This document shows, piece by piece, positions 51,741-62,601 of a DNA stretch of 64,000 nt (position 1 is its first letter; every line of letters starts with the position of its first letter). This DNA comes from Blastocatellia bacterium. Its GTDB lineage: Bacteria; Acidobacteriota; Blastocatellia; UBA7656. The position numbers and the translations under genes were made by a program. The stretch is from assembly GCA_963765495.1 (NCBI GenBank), contig CAVXWP010000008.1, positions 1 through 64,000 of the forward strand, in the 5' to 3' direction. Under the pieces are notes generated by a model that saw only the letters and a list, made by a program, of their open reading frames with translations, ran no database searches and was not told the DNA's origin.

Positions 51741-54578
51741 TCACAATACATCGCGCAGGAAATGCCCCGTATGCGAGGCCGGGGATTTGATGATTGCTTC
51801 GGGGGGGCCTTCTACGACTATCCGCCCGCCTTCGTCGCCGCCTTCGGGGCCGAGATCGATTATCCAGTCGGCGCTCTTGATGACATCCAGATTATGCTCG
51901 ATTATGACTATCGAACCGCCCGCCTCGATCAATTGCTTGAAGGCCATCAGCAGCTTGTTTATGTCGTCGAAATGAAGCCCGGTCGTCGGCTCATCAAAGA
52001 TGTAAAGCGTGCGGTCGCCCGATCTTTTCGAGAGAAATGCCGCGAGCTTTACGCGCTGCGCCTCTCCTCCCGATAGAGTCGTAGCCGATTGTCCCAGCCG
52101 CAAATATCCGAGCCCCACATCGTCGAGCACCCTGAGCCGCGAGGCGATTCGATTGACGCTCGAGAAAAACAACAACGCTTCGCGCACAGTCATATTGAGA
52201 ACATCGTGTATGGAGCGCCCTTTATATTTCACATCAAGCAGGGCAGGCTTGAACCGCATCCCCTTGCACTCTTCACAGGTCAACTCGACATCTGCCAGAA
52301 ACTGCATCTCTTTTACTTCAATGCCGTTTCCCTCGCATCTGTCGCAACGCCCGCCCGGCACGTTAAAGCTGAAATGAGAAGCCTCGAACCCGTGCGCCTG
52401 AGCCTCACGCGTCTGAGCGAAAAGGTCGCGTATCGCATCGTAGACCTTTATGTAAGTGACCGGATTCGAGCGCGGTGTGCGACCAATCGGAGACTGATCT
52501 ACAAGCACAACGTCACTGACATTATGAATGCCTTCCAGCCTTGCGAATGAGCCCACGTGGCCGGTCCATTCGCCTCGCTGTTTCTTGATGCCTGCGTACA
52601 GGATGTCGTGCACAAGCGTAGACTTTCCCGAACCCGACACGCCCGTAATGCAAACGGTCAGGCCGAGAGGAATCTTTACATCAATGCCTTTCAGATTATG
52701 CTCGCTTGCTCCGCATACTTTTATCGCCAGAGCGCCCGGCTCTCGTCTGGTTTTCGGCGCTTTTATCTCAAGCTCGCCGCGCATGTATTTGCCCGTAAGC
52801 GACTGTCCCTTTGCGAGCATCTCTGTGGGTGTTCCGGCAAACACCGCCTCTCCGCCAAGCTCGCCCGCGCCCGGTCCGATGTCGATGATATGATCGGCCG
52901 ATCTTATCATCTCAGGCTCGTGCTCTACGACGAGGACCGTGTTTCCAATATCGCGCAGATTTTCCAGTATGCGAATTAACCTTTGATTGTCGCGGGCGTG
53001 CAAACCTATTGAAGGCTCGTCAAGCACATAGAGAGCGCCGACGAGCGAGGCTCCGAGATTTGTAGCGAGCTGAATGCGTTGCGCCTCACCGCCCGATAGA
53101 GTCGAGGCAAGTCGGTCGAGGGTAAGGTATTGGAGGCCGACATTATTCAAAAACTTCAGCCGATTGCGAATCTCTTCAAGCAAGCGCCCCGCTATATCCG
53201 CCTGCTCGGTATCAAGCCTAAGCTGATCAAAGAACTCTGCGGCTCCGGCGGCTGTCATAGAAGCGACTTCGGGCAGGGTCTTTCCGCCTACGTGAACAAG
53301 ACGAGCCTCAAGGCGGAGCCGCGCTCCACCGCAATCCGGGCAGAGCGTGTATCCGCGATACTTCGACAGAAAGACGCGGACGTGAAGCTTATATTTTTTG
53401 GTTTCGAGCCAGTCAAAAAAACCCAATACGCCATCAAATCCGTTGCGCCCCCCTATGATCTGGTCCTGCTGATCTCGGCTCAACTGGCCGAAAGCGGTAT
53501 TTGTAGGAATCTTCTCCTGTTTGCAAAACCTTATAAGGTCCTTCTGCGCCCACTGATACTGCGGTTTCATCCACGGCTCGACAGCCCCCTGCTGGAGGCT
53601 CAACTCACGGTTTGGTATCACAAGGTCCATATCCAGACCTATCGTGTTTCCAAAGCCCTGACAGGTAGGGCATGCGCCAAACGGGCTGTTGAAACTGAAC
53701 AGACGCGGCTCGGGCGCGGCGTACTTGATATTGCATCGCTTGCATTCGAACCCTTCGGAAAACTGCATCCTTACGCGCGTCTCATCAGCCGTTTCAATTA
53801 CGGCCTGCCCGTGCCCTTCCTGATAGCAGATTTCTAGCGAATCAATCAATCTGGCCCGAACATCGGGCCTTACCACAAGCCGGTCAACCAGAACAAATGT
53901 GTCGTCAAACGACGTTTCTTCAAAACTATCGGGCGTGGCAAGCTCTATCACGCGGCCCTCTTTGTAAAGCCGCGTAAACCCGCGTTGCATGAGACTCATC
54001 AGGTGAGCCTTGATTCGTGTCTGCTGGCTCGGGGCCGTTTTGCGGGCGGATTTTTTCTTCTTTGACTTCCCGCCGTTAGAACTTGCCTGAATCTCTTCCA
54101 TCCCGGCGCTTGCCGGAAACAGCACATAGATGCGCGTGCCTTCGGCAAGCCTCAGCACTTCGTCGGCTATCGAATCGGGAGTATCGCGCGTGACTTCAAG
54201 CCCGCAATTTGCGCAAAGGGTCACACCTATTCGGGCGTAGAGCAGTCGCAAGTAATCGTATATTTCGGTCTGCGTCGCCACGGTCGAGCGCGGGTTGCGA
54301 GTCGCATTCTTTTGCCTGATCGAAATCGGCGGGCAGATGCCTATCACCTCGTCTACATCCGGCTTATCCATCCGCTCAAGAAACTGTCGAGCATAGGCCG
54401 AGAGGCTTTCGACATAGCGCCTCTGACCTTCGGCGTAAATCGTATCGAATGCCAGGCTTGATTTGCCGCTCCCGCTCACACCCGTAATCACTGTGAGCCT
54501 GTCCACAGGTATATCTACGTCAATGTTTTTGAGATTGTGAACACGTGCGCCACGAACGCTAATGACTTCTTCGGACAT
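51741..54578 (-). CDS. uvrA: Excinuclease ABC subunit A
   Basis: HNLK, two GVSGSGKS, two LSGGEAQR, zinc fingers. Confidence 0.97.
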   Translation of the reverse strand: MSEEVISVRGARVHNLKNIDVDIPVDRLTVITGVSGSGKSSLAFDTIYAEGQRRYVESLSAYARQFLERMDKPDVDEVIGICPPISIRQKNATRNPRSTVATQTEIYDYLRLLYARIGVTLCANCGLEVTRDTPDSIADEVLRLAEGTRIYVLFPASAGMEEIQASSNGGKSKKKKSARKTAPSQQTRIKAHLMSLMQRGFTRLYKEGRVIELATPDSFEETSFDDTFVLVDRLVVRPDVRARLIDSLEICYQEGHGQAVIETADETRVRMQFSEGFECKRCNIKYAAPEPRLFSFNSPFGACPTCQGFGNTIGLDMDLVIPNRELSLQQGAVEPWMKPQYQWAQKDLIRFCKQEKIPTNTAFGQLSRDQQDQIIGGRNGFDGVLGFFDWLETKKYKLHVRVFLSKYRGYTLCPDCGGARLRLEARLVHVGGKTLPEVASMTAAGAAEFFDQLRLDTEQADIAGRLLEEIRNRLKFLNNVGLQYLTLDRLASTLSGGEAQRIQLATNLGASLVGALYVLDEPSIGLHARDNQRLIRILENLRDIGNTVLVVEHEPEMIRSADHIIDIGPGAGELGGEAVFAGTPTEMLAKGQSLTGKYMRGELEIKAPKTRREPGALAIKVCGASEHNLKGIDVKIPLGLTVCITGVSGSGKSTLVHDILYAGIKKQRGEWTGHVGSFARLEGIHNVSDVVLVDQSPIGRTPRSNPVTYIKVYDAIRDLFAQTREAQAHGFEASHFSFNVPGGRCDRCEGNGIEVKEMQFLADVELTCEECKGMRFKPALLDVKYKGRSIHDVLNMTVREALLFFSSVNRIASRLRVLDDVGLGYLRLGQSATTLSGGEAQRVKLAAFLSKRSGDRTLYIFDEPTTGLHFDDINKLLMAFKQLIEAGGSIVIIEHNLDVIKSADWIIDLGPEGGDEGGRIVVEGPPEAIIKSPASHTGHFLRDVL

Positions 54579-54753
54579 CTTACCCCGCTTGTCGGAAATC
54601 TATGAGCTGCATGCGAGCCCTGAGGCTCTAAAGCGAACCCACAATTTTAACATTTCTGAGGAGGCCGAAGCAATTTGCAGACGAGCAGTTTTGACCGGCA
54701 GGCATTCGGCGTCAGTGGAGTTAAAAGTTCATTTGAGGGGAAGGTAGGTGCGG

Positions 54754-54860
54754 ATAGGCCGGGACAGACGCGGATCGGGCGGATCTACGCGGATCTGATC
54801 GTGTTTGATCTAATCCGCGAAAATCCGCCCGATCCGCGTCCGTCCCGGCCTATTTCAACT
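54754..54860. repeat. Second full copy of the CGGAT-unit palindrome
   Basis: Same architecture as 42602-42709 with paired changes in both arms. Confidence 0.9.
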
Positions 54861-54900
54861 TCCTGTTTTACATTTTGAAAAACCGAACGGTCAGATCCAA

Positions 54901-55644
54901 TTATTTGCCTTTTGCAGGAGGCTGGAAGAATTTTTTCACCTCGCCCGGTTTTAGCTCTCTATACCGGCCCGAAGCGAGGCCCTTTTCGGAGAGGTGGCCT
55001 ATGCTGATGCGGCGAAGTTTTGTAACTGAATGGCCGATGGAATCAAACATACGGCGTATCTGCTGATTTTTGCCTTCGTGCAGTATTACCTCAAACCACG
55101 CGTTACCGCCTTCATTTGTGCGTTTGACCATCCTGATTTCAATCGGCGCGGTGCGCCCCGGAGATATGCGGATACCCCGTCGCAGGCGATCTATCTGCTC
55201 AACGGGAGGTGTGCCTTTGACTTTCACCAGATAGACTTTAGGCACGGTTTTCTCTTTTGTTATGAGTCTGGTCAATTCGCCGTCGTTTGTCAGGATGATC
55301 AAGCCTTCGGTGTTGAAATCCAGACGGCCTACCGGGTGCAGGCCGCGCCGCTCTGAGGCGGGAATAAGGTCCATCACAAGTGGGCGTTGTTTTGGGTCCA
55401 CAAGCGACGAGAGGTACCCCCGAGGTTTATGGACTAAAAAATATTTCTTCTCTCTAGCCGACACATGAGGGTTTATAAGTTTTCCCCTGACCTTGATATG
55501 ATCGCGTCCGGCATCCGCCTTTGAGCCAAGCTCGGTCACGCGCCTGCCGTTTACAGTGACCTCGCCGCGCAGGATCATCTCTTCGGCGGCCCTGCGCGAG
55601 CCGAGACCCGCAGCCGCGATTATTTTCTGAAGACGTTCTTCCAC
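54901..55644 (-). CDS. rluB: rRNA pseudouridine synthase (RluB-like)
   Basis: S4 domain RLQKIIA..SRR, GRLDFNTEG, EGKNQQIRRM. Confidence 0.9.
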   Translation of the reverse strand: MEERLQKIIAAAGLGSRRAAEEMILRGEVTVNGRRVTELGSKADAGRDHIKVRGKLINPHVSAREKKYFLVHKPRGYLSSLVDPKQRPLVMDLIPASERRGLHPVGRLDFNTEGLIILTNDGELTRLITKEKTVPKVYLVKVKGTPPVEQIDRLRRGIRISPGRTAPIEIRMVKRTNEGGNAWFEVILHEGKNQQIRRMFDSIGHSVTKLRRISIGHLSEKGLASGRYRELKPGEVKKFFQPPAKGK

Positions 55645-56178
55645 TTAACTCCCCATCAAATCTTCGAAGTCTTCCAGGTTTGGAAGCTCCGACAGATCGC
55701 TCAAACCGAAATGTATCAGGAATTCTTTTGAAGTCCCGTACATCATCGGGCGACCGACCACCTGTTTGTGCCCGCGAGCGACGATTAGCCTCCGGTCGAG
55801 CAATGTCTTTATGGCAGATGTCGAAGTTACGCCGCGAATTTCAAGGATTTCAGGTATGGTTATCGGCTGTTTGTAGGCGATGACCGCAAGCGTCTCAAGC
55901 GCCGCGAGCGATAATCGCGCCGAAGGCTGAGCCTTCAGATACCGGCGCACATATTCGCTGTATTCAGGCCGCGTAGAGATTCGATATCCGCCCGCGATCA
56001 AGCGCAACTCAAGCCCGCTTGCGCGGGCGTTGAACTCTTCCATCAACTGCTCGCAGCAGGCTTCGATATATTCCAGCGGCTCGTCTTCGATAAGATCGGC
56101 AAGCTGGCGCGCGCTTATCGGGTCTTCGGAAACGAAGATCAAGGATTCGAGAATCGGCTTCAGTTCTTCAATCGTCAT
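55645..56178 (-). CDS. scpB: SMC-Scp complex subunit ScpB
   Basis: LS.AALETLAVIAYKQP, IRGV, GRP..YGT. Confidence 0.95.
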   Translation of the reverse strand: MTIEELKPILESLIFVSEDPISARQLADLIEDEPLEYIEACCEQLMEEFNARASGLELRLIAGGYRISTRPEYSEYVRRYLKAQPSARLSLAALETLAVIAYKQPITIPEILEIRGVTSTSAIKTLLDRRLIVARGHKQVVGRPMMYGTSKEFLIHFGLSDLSELPNLEDFEDLMGS

Positions 56179-56233
56179 GGCTTTCTGATGCGTGAGATGA
56201 ATAGTTGATGAATCTCGGTCAGTTGTCTGAAAA

Positions 56234-57004
56234 TCACGCCTCACGCTTCACTAACATTATCTCCCCGAATAGCTCTCGCTGGACCAGGCGTACGGCAAGC
56301 TCTTTTACCAGTTCGAGCACCGACAGAAATATCAAGACAAGCTCGCGCCGCGTTTGCGCCCGTTCGAAAAGTTCGCGCACGCGCACCTCTGTCCCGCCCG
56401 CAAGCCGCGATTTGATCTCGATTATCTTTTCCGCCATAGTCATCTCATCGCGGGCGATCTCGATTTCAGTGATCGCCTTGCGGCGGTTCAGAACCTCTCT
56501 GAAAATTTCGAACAACTGAAAAGTAGTGGCGGCGATCTCCGGGTTGCTCTTATCTTCCTCGATGGCCGCGCGAGTAAAGGTTGCGGATTCTATAGTCGCT
56601 CGCTGGTGCAGCACGTTGGCTGCGGCCTTGAATTTCTGATGTTCGAGCAATTGATAAACAAGCTCTTTGCGCGGGTCTTCGATCTCATCTTCGGGCGCAT
56701 CTGGATCGCGCGGGAGCAGCATCTGAGACTTGATTTGAATCAACGTGGCCGCCATTACCAGGAACTCGCCTGCAACCCCTATATCGAGTTCCTCGAGAGC
56801 CGCCAGGTGTTGAAGGTATTGCTCGGTTATGCGCGCAATGGGGATGTCGTAAATCGAAACCTCTTCCTTGCGGATGAGGTACAGAAGAAGGTCGAGCGGC
56901 CCTTCAAAGACTTCGAGTCTTACCTTATACTGTTCGCCCTCGCCTGCAAGCGGCGGCTCAAGGGGCAACCCGGTCTCTTCGGATGTTGATAATGTCTCTT
57001 CCAT
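56234..57004 (-). CDS. scpA: Segregation/condensation protein A
   Basis: FEGPLDLLL, FLVMAATL..IKS, FLSVLEL. Confidence 0.95.
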   Translation of the reverse strand: MEETLSTSEETGLPLEPPLAGEGEQYKVRLEVFEGPLDLLLYLIRKEEVSIYDIPIARITEQYLQHLAALEELDIGVAGEFLVMAATLIQIKSQMLLPRDPDAPEDEIEDPRKELVYQLLEHQKFKAAANVLHQRATIESATFTRAAIEEDKSNPEIAATTFQLFEIFREVLNRRKAITEIEIARDEMTMAEKIIEIKSRLAGGTEVRVRELFERAQTRRELVLIFLSVLELVKELAVRLVQRELFGEIMLVKREA

Positions 57005-57032
57005 TCTCAAATCTCAAATCTCAAATCTCAAA
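57005..57032. repeat. Heptamer tandem (TCTCAAA)x4
   Basis: Fills the whole trpS-scpA spacer. Confidence 0.9.
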
Positions 57033-58073
57033 TCATCTGGGCCAGTCCATCTTGATTGCGTGGCGCACTTCGGTCATGGTTCGTTCGGCTTCCGCGCGAG
57101 CCGCGCGCGAGCCTTCCTCTATTACTGCTATGACCTGATCCGGGTTCTCGCGCAGTTGGCGGCTGCGCTCGGCAATGCTGCCGTATCGCGCGATGATCGA
57201 ATCGGCAAGCGCCCGCTTGCGGTCTACGCACCCTATTCGGGCGTTGCGGCAGTCGTCATCGAAACTGTCTGCCACTTCCTGGTCCACAAAGAAGCGGTGC
57301 ATCTGGCAAACATCGCAGCTTTCGGGGTGGCCCGGGTCTGTGCGGCGAATGCGTGTGCGGTCGGTTATCATCTGTCGCGCCTTTTCGCGAACCACATCGG
57401 CGGAGTCAACAAGATATATCGCGTTGCCGTAGCTTTTCGACATCTTTCGTCCGTCGGTTCCCGGCAACACCGGAACCTCGGTGTGAATCTCTTTCGGTTC
57501 AGGGAAGACCGGCCCGTAAAAATTGCTGAAGCGCCGAACTATTTCTCGCGTAAGCTCCACGTGCGAAGCCTGATCTTTGCCTACCGGAACATAATCGGCC
57601 TTGTACAATACGATGTCGGCCGCTTGCAGCACGGGGTAGCCGAGGAAGGCGTAATTGCCTATGTCTTTGTCGGTGATGTTTTCGCGCTGTTCCTTGTAGG
57701 TAGGCACGCGTTCCAGCCAGCCGAGCGGGGTAAAGGCCGAAAGGATCAGGTGTAATTCGGCGTGTTCCGGCACGATTGATTGGACGAATATGGTCGAGCG
57801 TTCGGGGTCAAGCCCCGCCGCAAGCCAGTCACTCACCATATCCATCGTATTCTGCTTGATCTTGCTCGTATCCGCGTAATCGCTTGTCAATGCGTGCAGA
57901 TCGGCGATAAAGAAGAAGCACTCGTACTCGCCCGAATCCTGGAACTTGATCCAGTTTTTGAGCGCGCCCTCGAAGTTTCCAAGATGGAGATTCCCGGTCG
58001 GGCGCATCCCGCTCACTATTCGCTTTTTTGGCGGGGTAGATTCGTTTATGATTTCAAGCTCGTTCTCAGACAA
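57033..58073 (-). CDS. trpS: Tryptophan--tRNA ligase
   Basis: SGMRPTG.LHLGN, YPVLQAADI, VPVGKDQ, KMSKS. Confidence 0.97.
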   Translation of the reverse strand: MSENELEIINESTPPKKRIVSGMRPTGNLHLGNFEGALKNWIKFQDSGEYECFFFIADLHALTSDYADTSKIKQNTMDMVSDWLAAGLDPERSTIFVQSIVPEHAELHLILSAFTPLGWLERVPTYKEQRENITDKDIGNYAFLGYPVLQAADIVLYKADYVPVGKDQASHVELTREIVRRFSNFYGPVFPEPKEIHTEVPVLPGTDGRKMSKSYGNAIYLVDSADVVREKARQMITDRTRIRRTDPGHPESCDVCQMHRFFVDQEVADSFDDDCRNARIGCVDRKRALADSIIARYGSIAERSRQLRENPDQVIAVIEEGSRAARAEAERTMTEVRHAIKMDWPR

Positions 58074-58090
58074 CTTTATTACCCTTTCGA

Positions 58091-58783
58091 TCAGGCCAGC
58101 AGCAATCTCAATATGAATATGGCTACCGGGGAGAAAATCACATCCAGCACCCGCAAGTACAACAAAATAATCAATAATAAAAAGCCGTATGGTTTTATCT
58201 GGTCGAAGGCCTGCGCCATCTCGTAAGGAAGCAGGCTTTCAAGCACATGGCTGCCGTCGAGAGGCGGGATAGGAATCAGATTGAAAATGCCGAGCGCCAG
58301 ATTCAGTATCAACATAATGCTCAGAAGCATCACGAGCGGCTGCATAAAAGCCGGCTGACCCGACACCGGCACAAGTATATCGTAATAGCTGGTAATGCTT
58401 TGATTGGTCGTCAGAATGCCGCTGAGGAGCATTATCTTGAGAGCAATGAAAGCAATTATCACCAGTATGAAATTGCTGATCGGTCCCGCCGCTGAAACAC
58501 AAATATTTGCCTTATTCTTGTCTCGCCACAATAGCGGGTTTGTCTCTACCGGTTTTGCCCAGCCGAGCAGAGGAACGCTCGTGAATATCATTATGAGCGG
58601 AAAGACTATTGTTCCTATGGGATCAATATGAGCGATAGGGTTTAGCGTAATGCGGCCCTGATGTCTGCCCGTGTAATCCCCGAACTTTTCTGATGTCCAG
58701 GCATGTGCCGATTCATGAAATGATAGGGAGAACAAAAACACTACGAACCATATAATAACGAAGCCAAAATCGATGTCTTTCAA
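58091..58783 (-). CDS. Site-2 protease family (M50) membrane metalloprotease
   Basis: HESAH, AAGP, FNLIPIPPLDG. Confidence 0.93.
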   Translation of the reverse strand: MKDIDFGFVIIWFVVFLFSLSFHESAHAWTSEKFGDYTGRHQGRITLNPIAHIDPIGTIVFPLIMIFTSVPLLGWAKPVETNPLLWRDKNKANICVSAAGPISNFILVIIAFIALKIMLLSGILTTNQSITSYYDILVPVSGQPAFMQPLVMLLSIMLILNLALGIFNLIPIPPLDGSHVLESLLPYEMAQAFDQIKPYGFLLLIILLYLRVLDVIFSPVAIFILRLLLA

Positions 58784-58940
58784 TCTTTCCCACTCCTGTG
58801 GCTACAGTAAACAAAATTCAAAAAAAGAAGCTAGCACGCGCTCCAGCACGTGTCAAACGGGGCTTCTCTCGAAGAAACAGGCTTCAATCGTCCCCGGCTC
58901 GGGCAAATATCCGAAAGGTGTGAAGTCTGTGATTTGAATG

Positions 58941-59969
58941 TTAGAAAGGCCAATATCCTTCGATTCCAAGCGGCACACGAAATAGCTCGCGATTCGAGGC
59001 CACGATCATATTGCGCTGATCGTCAAAGCACAATCCGACAAGCCCCACCCCGGCCACGACCATCTCGGCTTCGACATCCGGCGTTACGCGAATTATGCCG
59101 CGATGCCCCCGACGACTGGCGGCCACATAGAGATTCCCCGCGCGGTCAAAGGCCAACCCTTGCGGTCGCCCAAGCCCCGTAAAAAAGCGCGTCATCTCTC
59201 CCTCCGGGCTTATCCGTATCACCGAATCAAAACTCGACAGCGTAGGCCCCGTCACATACAAATAACCGTCCGGCCCGAACGCCAGATGAAACGCCGCCAT
59301 GCTCGGCTCTATCGTGGCAAACGTGACAGGCTCGCCTATTTCATTGACCCTGTAAATCGTCCCGCTGCGGTCGCCTACGAACATTCGCCCGTCGCGGTCA
59401 AATGCGATGCCCGTGGCTATCCCAAGGTTACGCGCAAAGACTTCGGCCTCTTTGAAAGGTGTCACCCGATAAACCGAGCCGTCCAAACGGCTTGTGACAA
59501 ACATCTCGCCGTCAGGGCTGAATGCAAGTCCCGTAGGATTTACCACATCGGTCAGGAACGGTTCGCGCTGGCCGTCGGGCGTGATCTTATAAACTGAGAC
59601 GGGGACCTTTTGACCGCGCGCCCCCGAAAGAGTCGTGTATATCGCGCCGTTATCGCGGTCGTAGGCGGGATTTGCTACGGGGTGGAGTTCTCCGGCAAGC
59701 TTCTGGCCTATGATAAAGGCTTCGCCTTTACTTACGGTGCCGTTTGTTTCGAGGGTGATAGTGGTCTGTCCGCCTTCGATAAGATTGCTTGAAGGGACGG
59801 GCGCAATCACACGCCCCGACGAAGCGCTTACGGGGCGGGTCTCGGTTCCGCCGAATTTTACGCGAGCCTGTTCATAGGTCGAGAAGACGAAATCCCTACA
59901 GGTTATTATGATTTCGCCACCTTCTATGCCCGCACCCGGCACAAGACTTTCAATCACAGGCTGAGCCAT
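58941..59969 (-). CDS. IPT/TIG plus gluconolactonase/NHL-like propeller protein
   Basis: N-terminal Ig-like segment; P.GLAF / GIAFD repeats. Confidence 0.75.
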   Translation of the reverse strand: MAQPVIESLVPGAGIEGGEIIITCRDFVFSTYEQARVKFGGTETRPVSASSGRVIAPVPSSNLIEGGQTTITLETNGTVSKGEAFIIGQKLAGELHPVANPAYDRDNGAIYTTLSGARGQKVPVSVYKITPDGQREPFLTDVVNPTGLAFSPDGEMFVTSRLDGSVYRVTPFKEAEVFARNLGIATGIAFDRDGRMFVGDRSGTIYRVNEIGEPVTFATIEPSMAAFHLAFGPDGYLYVTGPTLSSFDSVIRISPEGEMTRFFTGLGRPQGLAFDRAGNLYVAASRRGHRGIIRVTPDVEAEMVVAGVGLVGLCFDDQRNMIVASNRELFRVPLGIEGYWPF

Positions 59970-60058
59970 TCTAATTGCCTCTTATCTCTCTTCCTCATTG
60001 GTCAGTTAGAGATATATTACGATGAAGAGCGGACTATGTCCACACAGGCCCACGGAAA

Positions 60059-60092
60059 TGAGATTTGAGATTTGAGATTTGAGATCTCAAAT
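60059..60092. repeat. Heptamer tandem (TTTGAGA)n with short inverted tail
   Basis: Reverse complement of the 57005 unit. Confidence 0.85.
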
Positions 60093-60264
60093 GAGTGGGT
60101 GTGAATGAAATCAGTTTCAAGCATGCCAGGTTTTTAAAAACGCAAATAGGGGAACTGAATGTTTCTGGTGATTCTGCCGCACAATGGCGGTAATTTCAGG
60201 AGTTTGTTAAAATCTGGCTTCCGAAACCAATCTGCGCGACCTCTTTGAGAGCGAGGCAATACAT

Positions 60265-62583
60265 TTGACCGGCGACGACAAACAATCACGGGAAGAGCAG
60301 CATATCAGCCCGACCCCCGGGCCGGGACTGACCGAGCAGGGCCGCAAACGGCTGACGACGATCATCATCCTCTCGATAGTGATGATGCTGCTTTTGCTGC
60401 TCCTTGTGGCGCAAAGCGGCTTTAATCTGAGCCCGCTCGTGATGCCCGAGACGGCAAGCGAAACGCTGCTGTTTTACGCGCTCTCTTCGCTGAATTTCCT
60501 CGCATTTGTAACTTTGCTCTTCGTCCTGCTGAGGAACGTCTTAAAGCTTGTGCGCGAACGCCGCGCCCACCGCCTCGGATCGAAGTTCAAGGCCCGGCTT
60601 GTGAGCTTTGCCATAGGTCTTTCGCTTTTGCCGGTACTGCTGCTTTTCTTCTTCGCCTATGGATTGCTCAACCGCAGCATAGACCGATGGTTTGGCGAGC
60701 CCGCTCGCCAGGTCGTAGACGATGCTCAGGCGATCAAGGATAGTTATTTCGAAAAAGAACAGGATGAACTTCTAAATGTAGCCCGCGCGATTTCAGACAA
60801 ATTGTCGCTTGCTTCGATCAAAGTTTACCGAAGCCCTCAGCTTGACGAGCTTTTCAGGCAGCAGATGGCCGTCCACAAAATTTCGCTCCTCCGGGTCGTA
60901 GCCCCCGCTGAGCACGTAACGATTCAGAGCGAAGACAGGAAGGTCGAACCTGAAATCGAAGAGACGCTTGAGGCGGCTGAACAGCAGACGCTTGCGGGGG
61001 ATTCTTTTTTTGCCGGAACCGATGAGGGAGACAGCCCTCAGGTGATATACATAGTCGCTGCCGTAAAATTAACGGATGCGCCGACCGATTCCCGGGTGTT
61101 AATTCTGGCGCGGCAGCTACCGCCCGAACTGACTCAACGCGCCGCAAATATCGCCGCTCAACACGCCGCTTTTTATAGCCTGAAGGGAAAGATCAAGCGC
61201 ATAAAGTCAATGTACATATTGTTACTGGCGGCGGTGACATTGCTTTTGATCTTCGCTGCAAGCTGGCTTGCCCTTTACGTGGCGCGAGGGATCACCGTAC
61301 CCATACAGGCGCTGGCCGAGGCTACGGATCGCGTTGCTCACGGCGACTTCGAGCACAGGGTAGAGACCGTGGCCGAAGATGAACTTGCCGCGCTTGTGAA
61401 TTCTTTCAATCAGATGGCGCAACAACTGGCTGAAAACCGCGAACGGCTGGAACGCGCCGCCGAGGCTTTGAGCCGTACGAATCTGGAACTCGATAATCGC
61501 CGTCTCTATATCGAAACCGTGCTTGAAACCCTGTCAACAGGAGTCATCTCGACGGACGAAAACGCAGGTATAGCCACGCTCAATCGCGCCGCGCAATACA
61601 TGCTCGCGCTTGATGAGAAGCCCGATGTAGGCACACCCATAAATCGCATCATAGCCGGGACTCAGGGCGACGAACTGGCTACGCTTTGCCGCCGCGCAAG
61701 GCGAAGCGAAACCGCGCAGGCTGAAATACAATACAGGCGAGCGGACGGAAGCACGCTGCATACGGCGACGACCGCCATAGCTTTGAGGGATTCGGAGGGG
61801 GCGCTTGGAGGGTGGGTCATCGTCATCGAGGATTTGACCGATTTGATACAGGCCGAGCGGGCCGCGGCCTGGAGCGAAGTCGCACGCCGCATGGCGCACG
61901 AGATAAAGAATCCCCTCACCCCGATTCAGCTATCGGCGGAACGAATCATCCGCAATTATCGCCGCGCAGAAGGGCGTCAATCCCACGCGCGCTTTGACCA
62001 GATAGTAAATGAAGGCACGGCGACAATCGTCCGCGAAGTCGCCGCCCTTCAGCGTATGGTCGAAGAGTTTTCGCGCTTTGCCCGTCTGCCCGAAGCTCGA
62101 CTGGTAGACTCCAAACTAAACGACGTTGTGAGAGATGCCGTCCGGCTCTACGATGAACGATTGAACGGGATCAGGATCGAATGTCGCCTGGCCGACGAAC
62201 TGCCTCAGCTAAGGCTCGACTGCGAGCAGGTCAAACGAGTGCTTGTGAACCTGATAGATAATGCGTTTGAGGCGCTGACCTCGAACTCTGCACAGGGCAA
62301 CGGTGTGAAGAGCCGTTCTGCGGGCGAGAAATGGATCAGGATCGAATCCAAATATTTGCACGGAACCGATGTAGTGCGGCTCATCGTATCCGACACCGGT
62401 CACGGAATAAGCCCCACTGACCGCGACAAGCTCTTTTTGCCCAAGTTTTCGACCCGCGACCGGGGCACAGGGCTGGGGCTGGCCATCGTGAGTCATATCA
62501 TCGCAGATCACAAGGGCCGCATCTGGGTTGAAGACAATAAGCCGCGCGGCGCGAGGTTTATCATCGAATTGCCCGTTCATTAA
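60265..62583 (+). CDS. NtrY-like HAMP/PAS sensor histidine kinase
   Basis: Multiple TM helices, HAMP, AWSEVARRMAHEIKNPLTPIQL, GTGLGL. Confidence 0.92.
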   Translation: MTGDDKQSREEQHISPTPGPGLTEQGRKRLTTIIILSIVMMLLLLLLVAQSGFNLSPLVMPETASETLLFYALSSLNFLAFVTLLFVLLRNVLKLVRERRAHRLGSKFKARLVSFAIGLSLLPVLLLFFFAYGLLNRSIDRWFGEPARQVVDDAQAIKDSYFEKEQDELLNVARAISDKLSLASIKVYRSPQLDELFRQQMAVHKISLLRVVAPAEHVTIQSEDRKVEPEIEETLEAAEQQTLAGDSFFAGTDEGDSPQVIYIVAAVKLTDAPTDSRVLILARQLPPELTQRAANIAAQHAAFYSLKGKIKRIKSMYILLLAAVTLLLIFAASWLALYVARGITVPIQALAEATDRVAHGDFEHRVETVAEDELAALVNSFNQMAQQLAENRERLERAAEALSRTNLELDNRRLYIETVLETLSTGVISTDENAGIATLNRAAQYMLALDEKPDVGTPINRIIAGTQGDELATLCRRARRSETAQAEIQYRRADGSTLHTATTAIALRDSEGALGGWVIVIEDLTDLIQAERAAAWSEVARRMAHEIKNPLTPIQLSAERIIRNYRRAEGRQSHARFDQIVNEGTATIVREVAALQRMVEEFSRFARLPEARLVDSKLNDVVRDAVRLYDERLNGIRIECRLADELPQLRLDCEQVKRVLVNLIDNAFEALTSNSAQGNGVKSRSAGEKWIRIESKYLHGTDVVRLIVSDTGHGISPTDRDKLFLPKFSTRDRGTGLGLAIVSHIIADHKGRIWVEDNKPRGARFIIELPVH

Positions 62584-62601
62584 TCATACCGGAGGATCTT
62601 T

